64,000 nucleotides of DNA from a virus. Shown piece by piece: positions 1 through 11,700 of the stretch. The notes under the pieces are model-generated. The model saw only the letters and a program-made list of their open reading frames with translations, did no database searches and was not told the DNA's origin. The stretch is taken from IMG/VR virus record IMGVR_UViG_3300045988_111617. One strand, written 5' to 3'. Within the stretch, counting starts at the first letter, position 1. Each line of letters begins with the position of its first letter. Made by a program: the position numbers and the translations under genes.

Positions 1-1595
1 GAACATTTGATGAAAATGCAACTAAAGAAGAACAAAATTGGTTTAATTTCCAATTATATGTAGGAAATGCTTTCAAGAACATGTACGCAACCAGTAATGA
101 TTTATCTGAACTTACTGCTATTATGAGGGCAGATACTTCAAATGGTTCTGCTGGACCAAGTAATGCAGATACTTATAATAAGATTAACAGAATATTAAGA
201 TTTCAAGAGAGGATGCAGTCTGATAGGTTTAATCTTATAAACGCAGATTTAATCAGCTTTAGTTATCCAAAAGAAGGAGAGGATATTTATGACTCATGTA
301 TGAAAACTTCTTTACCATTCCTAAATGCCTTTACTAATGCAGGAATTGGAGGAACAATGGTCTTAATGAAGAAGTATTTTCCTCATTTCAATGCCTCTAT
401 ATACAACATGCTATTTGACCCAGAATTTGGATTGACTACATATTTAAAAGAGGGCAGAACTAATACGAAGTTTATAAATACTGTTCTTAATGATTTACTA
501 GTATATGTAATGTCTAAAACACAGTTCTTTAACTCTTATGTAGATAATGTGGGGAATGTACATACTGGAATTGAAAACAGAAAGAGATTCATAATAGATT
601 TTCCTAATGAATTTATTAAAATAGTTAATGAAAATCCAGATATTGCTGAGAATAGATTTGTATCAAGAATTAGATTGAAATATCCTAAGAGAGGAGCAAA
701 TGGAAAACTTCCAATAGCATCTTTGGCATTTAGAAATTCTGGTAAACTCAGTACAATACAGAGGGATATGTATTCGAGAGACTGGCTGTCTTTATTATAT
801 AGTCCTAATCCAAAAGCTGTAGAACTTGGATTGAACTTATTTAAGTATGCTTCTTTCATGGGAGGATTTGGATTTGGTCCAAATTCATTTATACATATGG
901 CTCCTGTACTCCTGAGAAAGGCAATTCCAGGATATGAGCAAACACTTAGGAATCTTGTAAAGAAAGATGACTACTTTCCTTTCATTAGACAGTTTATATT
1001 GAATCATATGGATATGCCTAATTTAGTTCCTCAGTATGCTGAAAAAGACCTTTCTGGAATTACTTATTCAAATTATGACAGAAATTTTGAAGCTACTCCT
1101 AATAATCCTTCTTTTATTAAAGAGCAGATGACTACTACTGATGAAAGTAAGAATATGATATTAATGAATAAATTAATTCCTTTTATAAGTATCATAAAAT
1201 CTAATGGGGAATTAGCTTATTTTGAAGCAGATTCTTGGTATGTAGCAGATGGACAACCTATCAGGTATCATAAAGTCAGTCCACTTGGATTTAAAGGTAA
1301 AGTATTGGAGTATGAATATGGAAAACCTAATTTGGACTCCGTATTTTATAAAGTTCAAAGACTCAAAGAAGACATGGTTTCATCTACTTTTGAAGATGGG
1401 GAAGATGGACTCCCTAGCAAGGAAATTGCTCCATATGATTCTGTTGAGCAAATTGAGGCTCCTATTCCAGAAGGATTTGATATAAGCTTTAAACAAAATA
1501 TTGAAGATTATGAAGCAGCTCCAGTAGAAGATGCAAATGGACAAATAAGTTGTGGAGGATTTGATTTGGAAGGTTCTCCTTTGTTTAAGTTATAA
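1..1595 (+). CDS. 3' portion of a larger ORF cut by the window start (frame open from nt 3); hypothetical large phage protein
   Basis: No stop upstream of the first listed Met in this frame back to nt 3; stop at 1593-1595; followed 4 nt later by next + strand gene. Confidence 0.6.
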   Translation, partial: TFDENATKEEQNWFNFQLYVGNAFKNMYATSNDLSELTAIMRADTSNGSAGPSNADTYNKINRILRFQERMQSDRFNLINADLISFSYPKEGEDIYDSCMKTSLPFLNAFTNAGIGGTMVLMKKYFPHFNASIYNMLFDPEFGLTTYLKEGRTNTKFINTVLNDLLVYVMSKTQFFNSYVDNVGNVHTGIENRKRFIIDFPNEFIKIVNENPDIAENRFVSRIRLKYPKRGANGKLPIASLAFRNSGKLSTIQRDMYSRDWLSLLYSPNPKAVELGLNLFKYASFMGGFGFGPNSFIHMAPVLLRKAIPGYEQTLRNLVKKDDYFPFIRQFILNHMDMPNLVPQYAEKDLSGITYSNYDRNFEATPNNPSFIKEQMTTTDESKNMILMNKLIPFISIIKSNGELAYFEADSWYVADGQPIRYHKVSPLGFKGKVLEYEYGKPNLDSVFYKVQRLKEDMVSSTFEDGEDGLPSKEIAPYDSVEQIEAPIPEGFDISFKQNIEDYEAAPVEDANGQISCGGFDLEGSPLFKL

Positions 1596-1598
1596 TTT

Positions 1599-4500
1599 AT
1601 GAAAAGTTGTGCAGTTATTCCCCAAATAAAGGGAAAAGATGGTAATGTAAAAGATAGCAAGTTATTTAAGGACTTGCTATCCTTTACTAATAATAATAGA
1701 GAGCAAACTAATAGGCTTTATTATATTACTAAAAATCCTAAATTTCAATCAGACTATTCTGATATTCTTAAATATGATGATTTAGGAGAAGTAACTATGA
1801 ATAGTCTCTTAAAGTTAGACCTGTCTTCTATGTTAGAAGAGGGTAATCTTAAAAGAAAAATTTCTGAGAATTATGGATTTTTTGAAAAAGGGGCTCCTGT
1901 TGTATTAGATGATACTACTGAAAATTACAACAGTTTAGTAGAAAAAGCTATTTCTTTTAATGCTTCTTCTGAATATAAAGATAATTTTTCTGCTATTATT
2001 AGAAGAACTCCAGAAAGAGGTATCTATGTTTCTTTGGAAAAATCTACTACAGAGAATCAAGTTTTGGCTCAAAAAATGGCAGCTTCCTATAATCTCAATA
2101 AAAAGATTAGAGACTTTTTAGGAAAGAATGGTATTTCAGTAGGTGCTTTGAATTCTCTAGATTTAGCACTTGGAAGAAGTGGAGTAACAGATTTTTCAAA
2201 AGCTTTTAAAGAGGGTGAAGGTATAGCTGAACTTATAAGAATAGCTAATGGAAGTAGAGGAGAAGAAGTTCTTCCAGAGGAATTTGCTCATTTTATAATA
2301 GAGTCTATGGAGAATGAACCAGTGGTTTCAAGACTCCTTAATCTCATGAGTAATAGGGAATTAGCTGAAAGTGTTTTAGGAGATTCATATGGTGCATATG
2401 AAACACTAACTGATAAGGCACTTGCTCATGAAGCAGCTGCAAGGTTGCTTTTGGATAGTATATATGAGTTAAATAATCTTCAAAAAGGGGTTTGGAGTAG
2501 TCTTCTTTCTAGAGTAAAAAGTAGATTCAATAGTAAATTCTCAAAAATGGATGCAGAGAGTCTTTTGAGAAGTGTAGGGGAAGCTAAAGCAGCAGCTCAG
2601 CAATTAGCTACTAACTTACCTCTACAAAAAATTTCCTTCCAAATAAATGATAGACAGTTATCTCATATAGATGAAAAATTAGATAGTATAAAAAAGCTTC
2701 TCAAAAGATTACAAGAACAAGAAATAAAAAGATACCACATTTATAAAACCAGAACTACTAAAAGAGGAATTAAGAAGGACTCTTCTGGATTCCAGGCTTC
2801 CCAAAGACAATTTATAAATTTGCTTGAGAGTCATTTAATGTCTGGTAAATTTATGGAAGGTATAGTATTCTACTTACAAGAAGCCAGTGATACAATAAAA
2901 TCCATAAAGAACTTATATGAAAAATTACAAACTCCTTCTCTTAGTTTTGAGGAAGAAGCTAGGTATTTGAGAGAAATAGGGAACTACATTGGAACCTATA
3001 GTACTACTATCCAAGATATTAGAAGTACTCTTAATGAGGGAGTGTTGGATGACCAAGAATTAGGTCCTGAAATTAAAGCTTTAGTAACTAATATTAGTGA
3101 GACTTTAAGTAGGGATAAAACACATCTTGGAGAATTATCTTTTAGGCACTTTAATAATTTCTTGCAGAAGTATTTTCCTAATGAAGGTATAGATATTACT
3201 TTTAAAGGTAAAGAACAACATATTGGAAGAGAGGATTTAAAAAATCTTTTGAAGCACACAGATTATGACCCATCATTAATTAATATATGGATAAATAGTG
3301 CTGCTGAAACTAATGATATTATTATAAAACTTGCTGATTCAATTATAAAGAAATATAAAGATAGAGCAAGAAATGAAACCATAGCTCTGAGAAAAAGGAT
3401 TCAAGTTGCTGCCCAAAAATTAAGAGCAGCAGGAATATCTAATGAGGATTTCATGTTTGAGAAAAATAGTAAGGGGGAATATACCCATAACTATGTATCT
3501 GAAATTCAATGGGCCAAATTCAAAGAAGCTCAGAGAGATATGTACAAAAGAGTGGAACAGAAATATGGGAAAGAGCCTGTAGGAGATAATTTAGATAAGA
3601 GAAATATGGAAATATCTCAATGGTATAGAGATAATACCAATGAGCAACATCTTCCTAATAGTAAATATAGAAATCCTAACTTCCTTTCTGGAGCTCAATT
3701 AGCTTATTACAATGAGTTCATGGCTATAAGAGAAGAGCTTCTTAATTTACTTCCACCTAATATATATGTAGAACCAGGTAAAATGGAAGACCCTATGAGA
3801 GCTATACAAGTTAGAAGAGACTTTGTAGATAGACTCTCACATTCTCCTGTAGAAAATTGGTGGGGTGAAATTAAAGACTCTTTGGCAGACACTATAATAA
3901 GAAGAGAAGATGACACTGAATTTGGAGTTAAATTAGCTCCTCAGGACTTTACTGGAAGAGAATTAATGTCTTTACCTATATTCTTTACTAAAAAAGTAGA
4001 AAGGGCTTCTGATTTAAGTCATGATACAGTATCCACTCTTATAATGTTTGCAGATTCTGTTTATAATTATTCCAATTTATCTGAAATAGTAGATTCTTTA
4101 GAGGTAGGAAGAGATGTTATGATGAGCCAGTGGGGTAAAGAATTTGGTAGAACTGCATCTAAAGAATTAGGAGGGAAGCCAGTTGTATCAATGGTCAGAG
4201 AATTTGGTAATACTGTTGTTGAAAAATTAAGTAAAGATAATGCTAATTTCATCACCGCTTATAATAATCTATTGGATTCCCAAGTATATGGAAGATACCT
4301 TAAAGATGAGGGAACCATAGGTAATACTAAAGTAGATAAACAAAAGGCTGCATCTTTTTGGAATAGGGTAGCCTCTCTTAATCAATTAGCTTTGAGTGCT
4401 TTAGCTGCAATGGCAGCTTCTGCTCAGGATATGGCTAATGTGAATCAAGAAGCAGTAGCTGGTGAGTTTTTTAGTGCAGGAGAATTATTTAAAGCAGATA

Positions 4501-5657
4501 ATATATACTTTTTTAAAGGGCTTCCAGGCATTTTAAAGGAAATCGGAACGGATATAAAATCATCTAAACTTTCTTTGTTCATAGAAAAATTTGATATTCT
4601 TCATGATTATGAAAATGAAGTAAGAGAATTATCTTTTGGTAAAGGTTGGTTTAAGAAAATGCTTAGTTCTAACACTCTGTATTTTATGTTGAGAATGGGT
4701 TCTCATTGGGGAGAAACTAGAACAGCTTTAGCTCAAGCACTTCATATGAAACTCAAAGATTCAGGAGGAAATCAAATAAATCTTTGGGATGCTCTTGAAG
4801 TTAAACCTATAGACTCTTCTCATCCAGAATATGGAGCTACCTTAGAATTGAAAAAAGGGGTACTTAAAGAAGATGGAACTGAACTTACAGAAGCAGACTT
4901 TGAGCAGTTTAAAAACAAATGTATGGCTTTAAATCAAAAATTATATGGTATATATAATCAGGCTGATAAAAATGCTTTACAAAGAACTGCTATAGGTAAA
5001 TTAGCTTTCTTATACAGAAGCTGGATGATACCTGCTATCAATAGAAGATTTGGAGGAGCACAGTATAACTTCATGTTAAACTCTGACACAGAAGGTTATT
5101 ATAGAACTCTGGGTAAATTTTTATGGAGCACTCTGAAAGATTTAAAAGAATTTAAATTCACTGCAATAGCTTATTGGCACGAGATGTCTGATGCAGAAAA
5201 GGCTAATATGGCTAGAGCTTTGACTGAACTAACCACTTTTGCAGTATTAATAGCAGCAAATAGCTTCTTACTTTCTGATTGGGATGATAAGAAAAACCCT
5301 TGGGTAATGAGGAATTTAGCCTACTTGTCAAGAAGGTTACAAACTGAAGTAGGAGCTATGGCACCTACTCCATTAATATTTGATGAGGCTTTCAAGATTC
5401 TTAAATCACCAATGGCAGGTATAGACCCAGCAGAAGGACTACTTAACTTTGTATGGAATGCTGTTAATCCTTGGCATTGGGGGCTTGAAACAGACTTTAT
5501 GGGATTAGGAGATGAAGAGAGACTTATAAAAGGAGGTAAATATAAAGACCATTCTAAATTATATAAATCCTTTATGAATTCTCCATTCTTACCTATGAAG
5601 AGGTCTATTGAGAGGGCTATAAATCCAGAAGAGAGTATGCCTTTCTTCAACAATTAA
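1599..5657 (+). CDS. 1352-aa hypothetical large protein (possible virion/injected protein); no recognisable motif
   Basis: Uninterrupted 4 kb ORF, tightly coupled to upstream ORF, ends at bidirectional terminator. Confidence 0.75.
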   Translation: MKSCAVIPQIKGKDGNVKDSKLFKDLLSFTNNNREQTNRLYYITKNPKFQSDYSDILKYDDLGEVTMNSLLKLDLSSMLEEGNLKRKISENYGFFEKGAPVVLDDTTENYNSLVEKAISFNASSEYKDNFSAIIRRTPERGIYVSLEKSTTENQVLAQKMAASYNLNKKIRDFLGKNGISVGALNSLDLALGRSGVTDFSKAFKEGEGIAELIRIANGSRGEEVLPEEFAHFIIESMENEPVVSRLLNLMSNRELAESVLGDSYGAYETLTDKALAHEAAARLLLDSIYELNNLQKGVWSSLLSRVKSRFNSKFSKMDAESLLRSVGEAKAAAQQLATNLPLQKISFQINDRQLSHIDEKLDSIKKLLKRLQEQEIKRYHIYKTRTTKRGIKKDSSGFQASQRQFINLLESHLMSGKFMEGIVFYLQEASDTIKSIKNLYEKLQTPSLSFEEEARYLREIGNYIGTYSTTIQDIRSTLNEGVLDDQELGPEIKALVTNISETLSRDKTHLGELSFRHFNNFLQKYFPNEGIDITFKGKEQHIGREDLKNLLKHTDYDPSLINIWINSAAETNDIIIKLADSIIKKYKDRARNETIALRKRIQVAAQKLRAAGISNEDFMFEKNSKGEYTHNYVSEIQWAKFKEAQRDMYKRVEQKYGKEPVGDNLDKRNMEISQWYRDNTNEQHLPNSKYRNPNFLSGAQLAYYNEFMAIREELLNLLPPNIYVEPGKMEDPMRAIQVRRDFVDRLSHSPVENWWGEIKDSLADTIIRREDDTEFGVKLAPQDFTGRELMSLPIFFTKKVERASDLSHDTVSTLIMFADSVYNYSNLSEIVDSLEVGRDVMMSQWGKEFGRTASKELGGKPVVSMVREFGNTVVEKLSKDNANFITAYNNLLDSQVYGRYLKDEGTIGNTKVDKQKAASFWNRVASLNQLALSALAAMAASAQDMANVNQEAVAGEFFSAGELFKADNIYFFKGLPGILKEIGTDIKSSKLSLFIEKFDILHDYENEVRELSFGKGWFKKMLSSNTLYFMLRMGSHWGETRTALAQALHMKLKDSGGNQINLWDALEVKPIDSSHPEYGATLELKKGVLKEDGTELTEADFEQFKNKCMALNQKLYGIYNQADKNALQRTAIGKLAFLYRSWMIPAINRRFGGAQYNFMLNSDTEGYYRTLGKFLWSTLKDLKEFKFTAIAYWHEMSDAEKANMARALTELTTFAVLIAANSFLLSDWDDKKNPWVMRNLAYLSRRLQTEVGAMAPTPLIFDEAFKILKSPMAGIDPAEGLLNFVWNAVNPWHWGLETDFMGLGDEERLIKGGKYKDHSKLYKSFMNSPFLPMKRSIERAINPEESMPFFNN

Positions 5658-5661
5658 TAAC

Positions 5662-5699
5662 AAAAAAAAGAGACTCAGTTTTGAGTCTCTTTTTTTTTA
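5662..5699. terminator. Bidirectional rho-independent terminator between convergent transcription units
   Basis: A-tract + 9-bp stem AGAGACTCA/TGAGTCTCT (loop GTTT) + T-tract; sits between + gene ending 5657 and - gene ending 5719. Confidence 0.8.
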
Positions 5700-5718
5700 T
5701 TTTACCCCTAGAAAAAAT

Positions 5719-8700
5719 TTATATCCCTATACAGTATTTAGCTACTTCTTTTTCTTCTTCAGTAGCATTTCTTATCCAGTTTTCAGAATATCCATTCTCT
5801 AAGAATAATGTATTATCTTTCTCAACTTTTCTTAATCTTATATCATTATTTTCTTTAGAATAAGTTCCTATATTATCAGTAGCTGATTTAATTTGATTTG
5901 GATTTATGAAACTATAAGAATCTCCTCCTTCTTCAACTTCATTTTTATATACTGTTCCATCATATCCAAGTTCTTGCATTAATTTCCTCAATTCAGAATT
6001 AGATAATCCTCTAAGTGTAGAATATTTATCTCTAGATATAATTCCTTGCTTATATAATTCATTTAACATAGAACTTGTGGATTCATGTACATAATCAGAA
6101 GTTCTTAGTGGATTTTTTAAATTAATAAATAATCCATATTGAGTACCTTTAATAGTATCAGCGGTTTCCTTACTGCCCACATGACCAAATGGTTCTGAGG
6201 TCCAAGGCATAGTCCTTGAAGGATGGTCCATATCAAATACACCATTAAAATCAAATGGGGTGTTATGATACATTATCTTAGGTTCACCATTTTTATCAAC
6301 TACTTTAGAAGCACTCTTTGGGTCATTTTCCCAATCTCCAAACCACTCTTTGAAAGCTTTAGTTCTTACATGAACCCATTGCCTCTCATCTAAATTAGAA
6401 GGTTTATCATTAGGAGCTAAGATATTTCCATCTTTATCATATTTAGCAGTACTTAATATATCAAGCATTTCTGGAGTATACTCTTCTGGCCTTAGTCTAA
6501 CAGAGGCTTCTTTTGCAGTTCCTACTCTCATATTCTTATATTTAGATGACATTATCTTTTTATATATAGAATATCTCATAGGTTCAGCTTCTTGAATTCC
6601 TCTAATAAGATTCCAAAGTTTCTTAAAGAATTCCTTAATCTTTTGTCCTACAGTTTTGGATTTTTGATTAATAACATATTCTCTAAATCTTTCTGCTAAC
6701 CATTCTTCCAATTCTACAGGGTCTGTAAGTTTAGATTCCTCAGAAGCTTCCTTCATCAAATTAGCTCTCTCATTTCCATTAAGTCCTAAACTAAATACAG
6801 CATGAAAAGCTTCATGATAAGTAGTACCTTCTGCTGCAACATTACTTAATGTAATACCTGCATTACTAAATGTTCCCCAAGCATTTTTTCCTGCTATATG
6901 TATTAGGCCTCTAACAACTTCAACAGGAATGTTAGGAAGTACAGTACTTAACCATTTGACTTCTTTATCAATGTCAAATTTTTCAGATTCTTTCTTAGCT
7001 TCTCTAAGTTTTACAGTAGGATTGCCACTTATATTTGCTCCCATCATAGCAGCAAAATCTTCAAATGACATTTCATCATTATCAGCAGTAGTAGTTGGAG
7101 TTTCTTGTTTAACTTCTGTGCCTATAGGAGTAGCTGTTTCAGTTGGAAAAACAGAAGGCATATTTTTTAATTCTGTAAATTCCTTCTTATGTTTTTCTAC
7201 AAACTCTTGTCCTCTAGGCCCAGCACCTGGACCTTCAAAAGATTTTTTAATACCCTCAAATACAGTATTTATAGGAGTTTCTACATTAAGATTAGCTCCT
7301 ATATAGGATTGTCCATTAGGTAACACAATACCATAATTATATCCTGCTACTTTCTTTGGTCCTTTACTATTTAATCCAGAAGTTAATACAGGTATTTTTA
7401 TAATTTGTACAGGAGTTCCTAATATTTCTCCAGCACTAACCATGTAAGTTTTATGAATCTTCTTGTCTCTACTATCTAAATAATAACCTATTTTACTATT
7501 AGGAAGCTTAGAATTATCAGATAAGTCTTCTATTGGATTCATATCATCGTGATTTTCAAATAGAATATCTGACTTTTCTATATTGGTAGATGTAACTTTA
7601 GGATTAACATGATTTCTTACTTCATCTGCTGCTACCCCAATAACCCATTCTCCTGTAGTTCTATCAATTACTTTTCCATTAATAATAGCTTTATTATTCC
7701 ACATGGTTGGACCTTCAGTAGCATTTCCATATTGCTTTTGTAAGGTATATAAGACTTGACATCTTTCTATATCTTCCATTTTTACAGGCATTTTTCTTGC
7801 TCCATCTTTGAGAGAAAGATATTCCCCATTAGGAAATAGAGTAACCTGTTTATTATTAACAGTTACAACAACACTATTATCATTAGATTTGGGAGTATTA
7901 CCAGGAGTAGGATTATTAAAAGGAGTTTTACTTCCTTTTATTTCTCCCTTTTCTCCAACAGGATTAGCAGTAAACCAGCCTCCAGTAGTATGATTAGTAT
8001 TAACTGCATTAGTTGAAACTATTCCTGAGTCTAGAATTGTTTTATTGTATTCAGGGGTGTTTATAGAAGCTCTATCTATATTAAAATTTAATCCCATTTT
8101 ATATAAATCCCCAAACAAAATTTCTGGGTCTTTATAAACTCCTACAACAGTTTCTGAATTTTCATAAACACTAGTGCCATCTGCCTTTTTGACCAGTTTC
8201 TTTATGACATTTCCTGAACTATCTAAAACATTCTTTGTAACTCTGATAATACCATCCTCTACAATATAAAAATTAAGATTAGGAATATAAAGATACTTAC
8301 TTAATTCCTGTACTCTATTTAATAAATCTGCTTGAGTTTTTGCATTTATAATAGCTTCAACACTCTTTCTAATATTTTTTACTACTGAAGATTCTGCATT
8401 TTTTGGAGAAGTTAAATCAAATTCTTTTGAACTAAATTTTCTAACTTTAGCTCCTACTAATGTGTATCCTCCTGACATCCCTTTTCTAGAATTAGGTATA
8501 GCTATATATACCATACCATTCTTTTGAGAAATATTTTTAGGTCTGCTGACTTCATTTAATTTTATAGAAGAAGCTCCTAAATCCAAAGAACCATTCCTAA
8601 CAATAGCAAAAGTAATATTATCAGCAGAATTTAAATCTCTAGATTCTCCATATTCAACATATCCTGTTTTTACATCATTAACAGTAGTAGTAATAGAGGA

Positions 8701-11700
8701 GAAGAAAGGTTTAGATTGGTCTGCCTTTTTATATTCCTCTAATATCCTAGATTTTGTATTTTTGGCTAAGTTTCCACTTGCAGTGAATATACCAACTGGC
8801 ATATAGTCATCACCTATTACTTTATAATAAACTATGACAGGATTGCCGTTAATATCTTTTAAATCAGAAGGTATTCCTAATACAAGTTTATCTCCTACTT
8901 TGAGATTTCCAGTATCTACATGTTCTTGAACTCTATTTTGCTCTATCCACTGAGGGATTTGTCCAAAGTTTACAGAGGCATCTTCTTTTTGAATAGCCTG
9001 TGTATCTGAAATAGGAATAAGAACTCCCTTCTTCTTAGAACCTAAGAAAAACCAAGAAAGAGGAAACCAAGATTTATTAGGGTCTGTAGGAGTCTCTTCT
9101 TCTATTTCTTTCTTCTGAGATTCATTAGTATTAGGCTGCTGTTCTACTCCAGAATTATCATAATTAGCTGGTAAGTTTCCTGCACTTACTCCAGGTTCTC
9201 CACTCTCTGATGTAGTACTTGCAGAAGGAGTAGAATCATGTCCTTTTGCAGAAGGAACTTCAGAAACTCCACTATTTCCAGTAGTACCACTTTCATTAGT
9301 TCCAGGTGCTGGATTTTCAGAGGTAGTGAATTTAGCAGCCTCTGCATTTTTACCCATTTCTATGAGCTGTTTTTGCAAAGCTTTTGCAACAGCTACTTGG
9401 GCACTTAAAAAAGTCTGTTTATCTAAAGCAGGGTTTCCAGAAGAGGGATTCTCCGTATTAAAAAATGTTGTAGCCTCTGTATAGTTAGGATTGGAAGGTT
9501 CAATCATTTCCCCAACATTTTTAGCACTATTCATAGCATTATTAAGCATTTGAATAGCATTAGCAGTTTCAGTATCCTCTAAACCCATTTCTGAAATCTT
9601 AGCTACTGTTCCCTGATATAAAGATTGTATGTTTTTATTTTCTTTAGCTACAGGATTATCTTCTTCTGCAAGTTCATTAAGAGCTCTTTCCAGTTCTGCT
9701 TCTGTTACATCACCTTGACTTAATATATTATTATAGACATTTCTTAACTCTCTTGGAGTAGTAGCTTTTTGTAAACTCTCTTTTGCTGTATCTGTTTTCT
9801 TCTTTTGGTCTTTTTTTACAGCTTTTTCTTTTATTTTTTCTTGCTCAGCATTTGCTTTTTGCGGAGATGAATAATACTCATTAATCTTATCAGAAAATTT
9901 CTTCATGTTATCTTGGATTCTATTTAAGTCCTCTATCTTTTTAATCCAAGTTTCTTTAACATCATCAGTAAGCTCTGATTCTTCAACTAATTTTTTTAAT
10001 TCATTTCTTATTACTGGAAGTGTAGCAAGTAATTTAAAATGTTCAGGAGAAACAGCCTTTTCATCAGTACTATCATATATTTCATCTTTATACAAACCCA
10101 CTAATTCATTAGAAATATCCGTCTGTCTTTGTCTCCAATTATCAAGCTGCATCTTAGCATAAATGATATTTTCCAAAGCATCTTTAGACAGTTGTGAACC
10201 ATTTTTGGATGCCTCCAGACTTTCTTTCATCTCTCTATATTGAGATGCCAATCCCTGCATTATTCCTACATTTTCCTGTATTTTACTCCTAACATCCTCT
10301 ACACTCATAGGATTACCATTCTGTTGAAATAATCCTGAATTTATAAGACTTTTGATATCCGCATCTGATATGGCAGAAGCCTTTTCAAGAATAGTATTGA
10401 AGAGCCCAAATTGTCCAGCATTATCCAACATTATAATATCAGATACCATGCTAGCAAATTGATAATTGTGAAAATTAAAATCATCTCCTGCCTCTAATGC
10501 TAAATTAGCTTTATCAGTTAAATCAGTATCCCTAACAATGCCTTTATAGTATTCTTCTAAAGTAGGGTCAGATAATCTTTCATTTATTTCATTTACTAAT
10601 GCCCTTCTTTTTCCATACTCTCTCCTTTCTCTTAGAAATTCAGTTACTCCTCCTTCCATTGTTACAGGACTTCTCCATTGTCCATTTTCTTTTGGACTCC
10701 TAAATCTAGGAGAACCTACTACGGATGTAAGAAATCCCATAGCAAAATCTGTGGCAGTATCCGGGTCTTTCATTGCTTGAGAAAAAGCCATTCCTAAAGA
10801 TTGTAGAGCCCCATTTGCTAATTCTCTTTTTTCAGGATTAAATACACTTTCATTAAAGGAATTATAGTTAGGATTAAGGTCTGCTGATTTAACAGCCACA
10901 TCCTGTAAAACTTCCTCTGTACCTTCAGTAAAAGCTTGAAGACTTCTTTCCCCAACATTCTTTGCAGTATTAAGCCAAGGTTGTTCTATATTAAGGGATA
11001 ATCCATCTTTCCCTACTTTTATTCCTTTAGACCTTTCTTTGGCTAAAAGAGCAGCTCTAGATGCCTTATTTCCTCTGGTAAATAGCTTTCCCCACTCTAA
11101 AGAATTAGTTAAAGTGAGAAGAGCCATATTGTACCCTAATACATAATTTCCAGCTTTATTTGCATCTTCTTCCATACCAAGAAGTGTCTTCTTATATTCT
11201 TGGTCTATTAATGCCTTCTCTTCTGGACTTTTAGCTGCCAAAATAGCTTTATTATATTCATCTGCAATTTGGGTATTCTCTAAATTGAGTTTATCTTGTT
11301 TAGCTTGTAGAGCTTCTATAGAAGCTTCTGATAAAGCACCTGCTACAGAAGAACCTATTAATTGTGCTGCTAATGGAGCTTTACTTAAAGCAGAGGATAC
11401 TCCCATACCTGGAACAAGCATACCCTCTGTAAAACCAAGATTTTTTATAAGGTCTGCCCAAAATACAGATGTTCCAAGTTTTTTCCAAATAGAAGATTCT
11501 GAATAACCCTTTGTATAATAATTAGGAGCAGCTTGAGCAGCAGACTCTTGCCACTCAAGCATTTTCCTATTTACTGCATTGTCATAGAGTTTATTTAACT
11601 CTTGATTAGAAAGAGCATCTAATGCTCCCCAAATAACTCCTAAAGAACCACTGATTGCAGTTGTTCCTGCTATAACTGCATTATTTATAAGAGCATTACT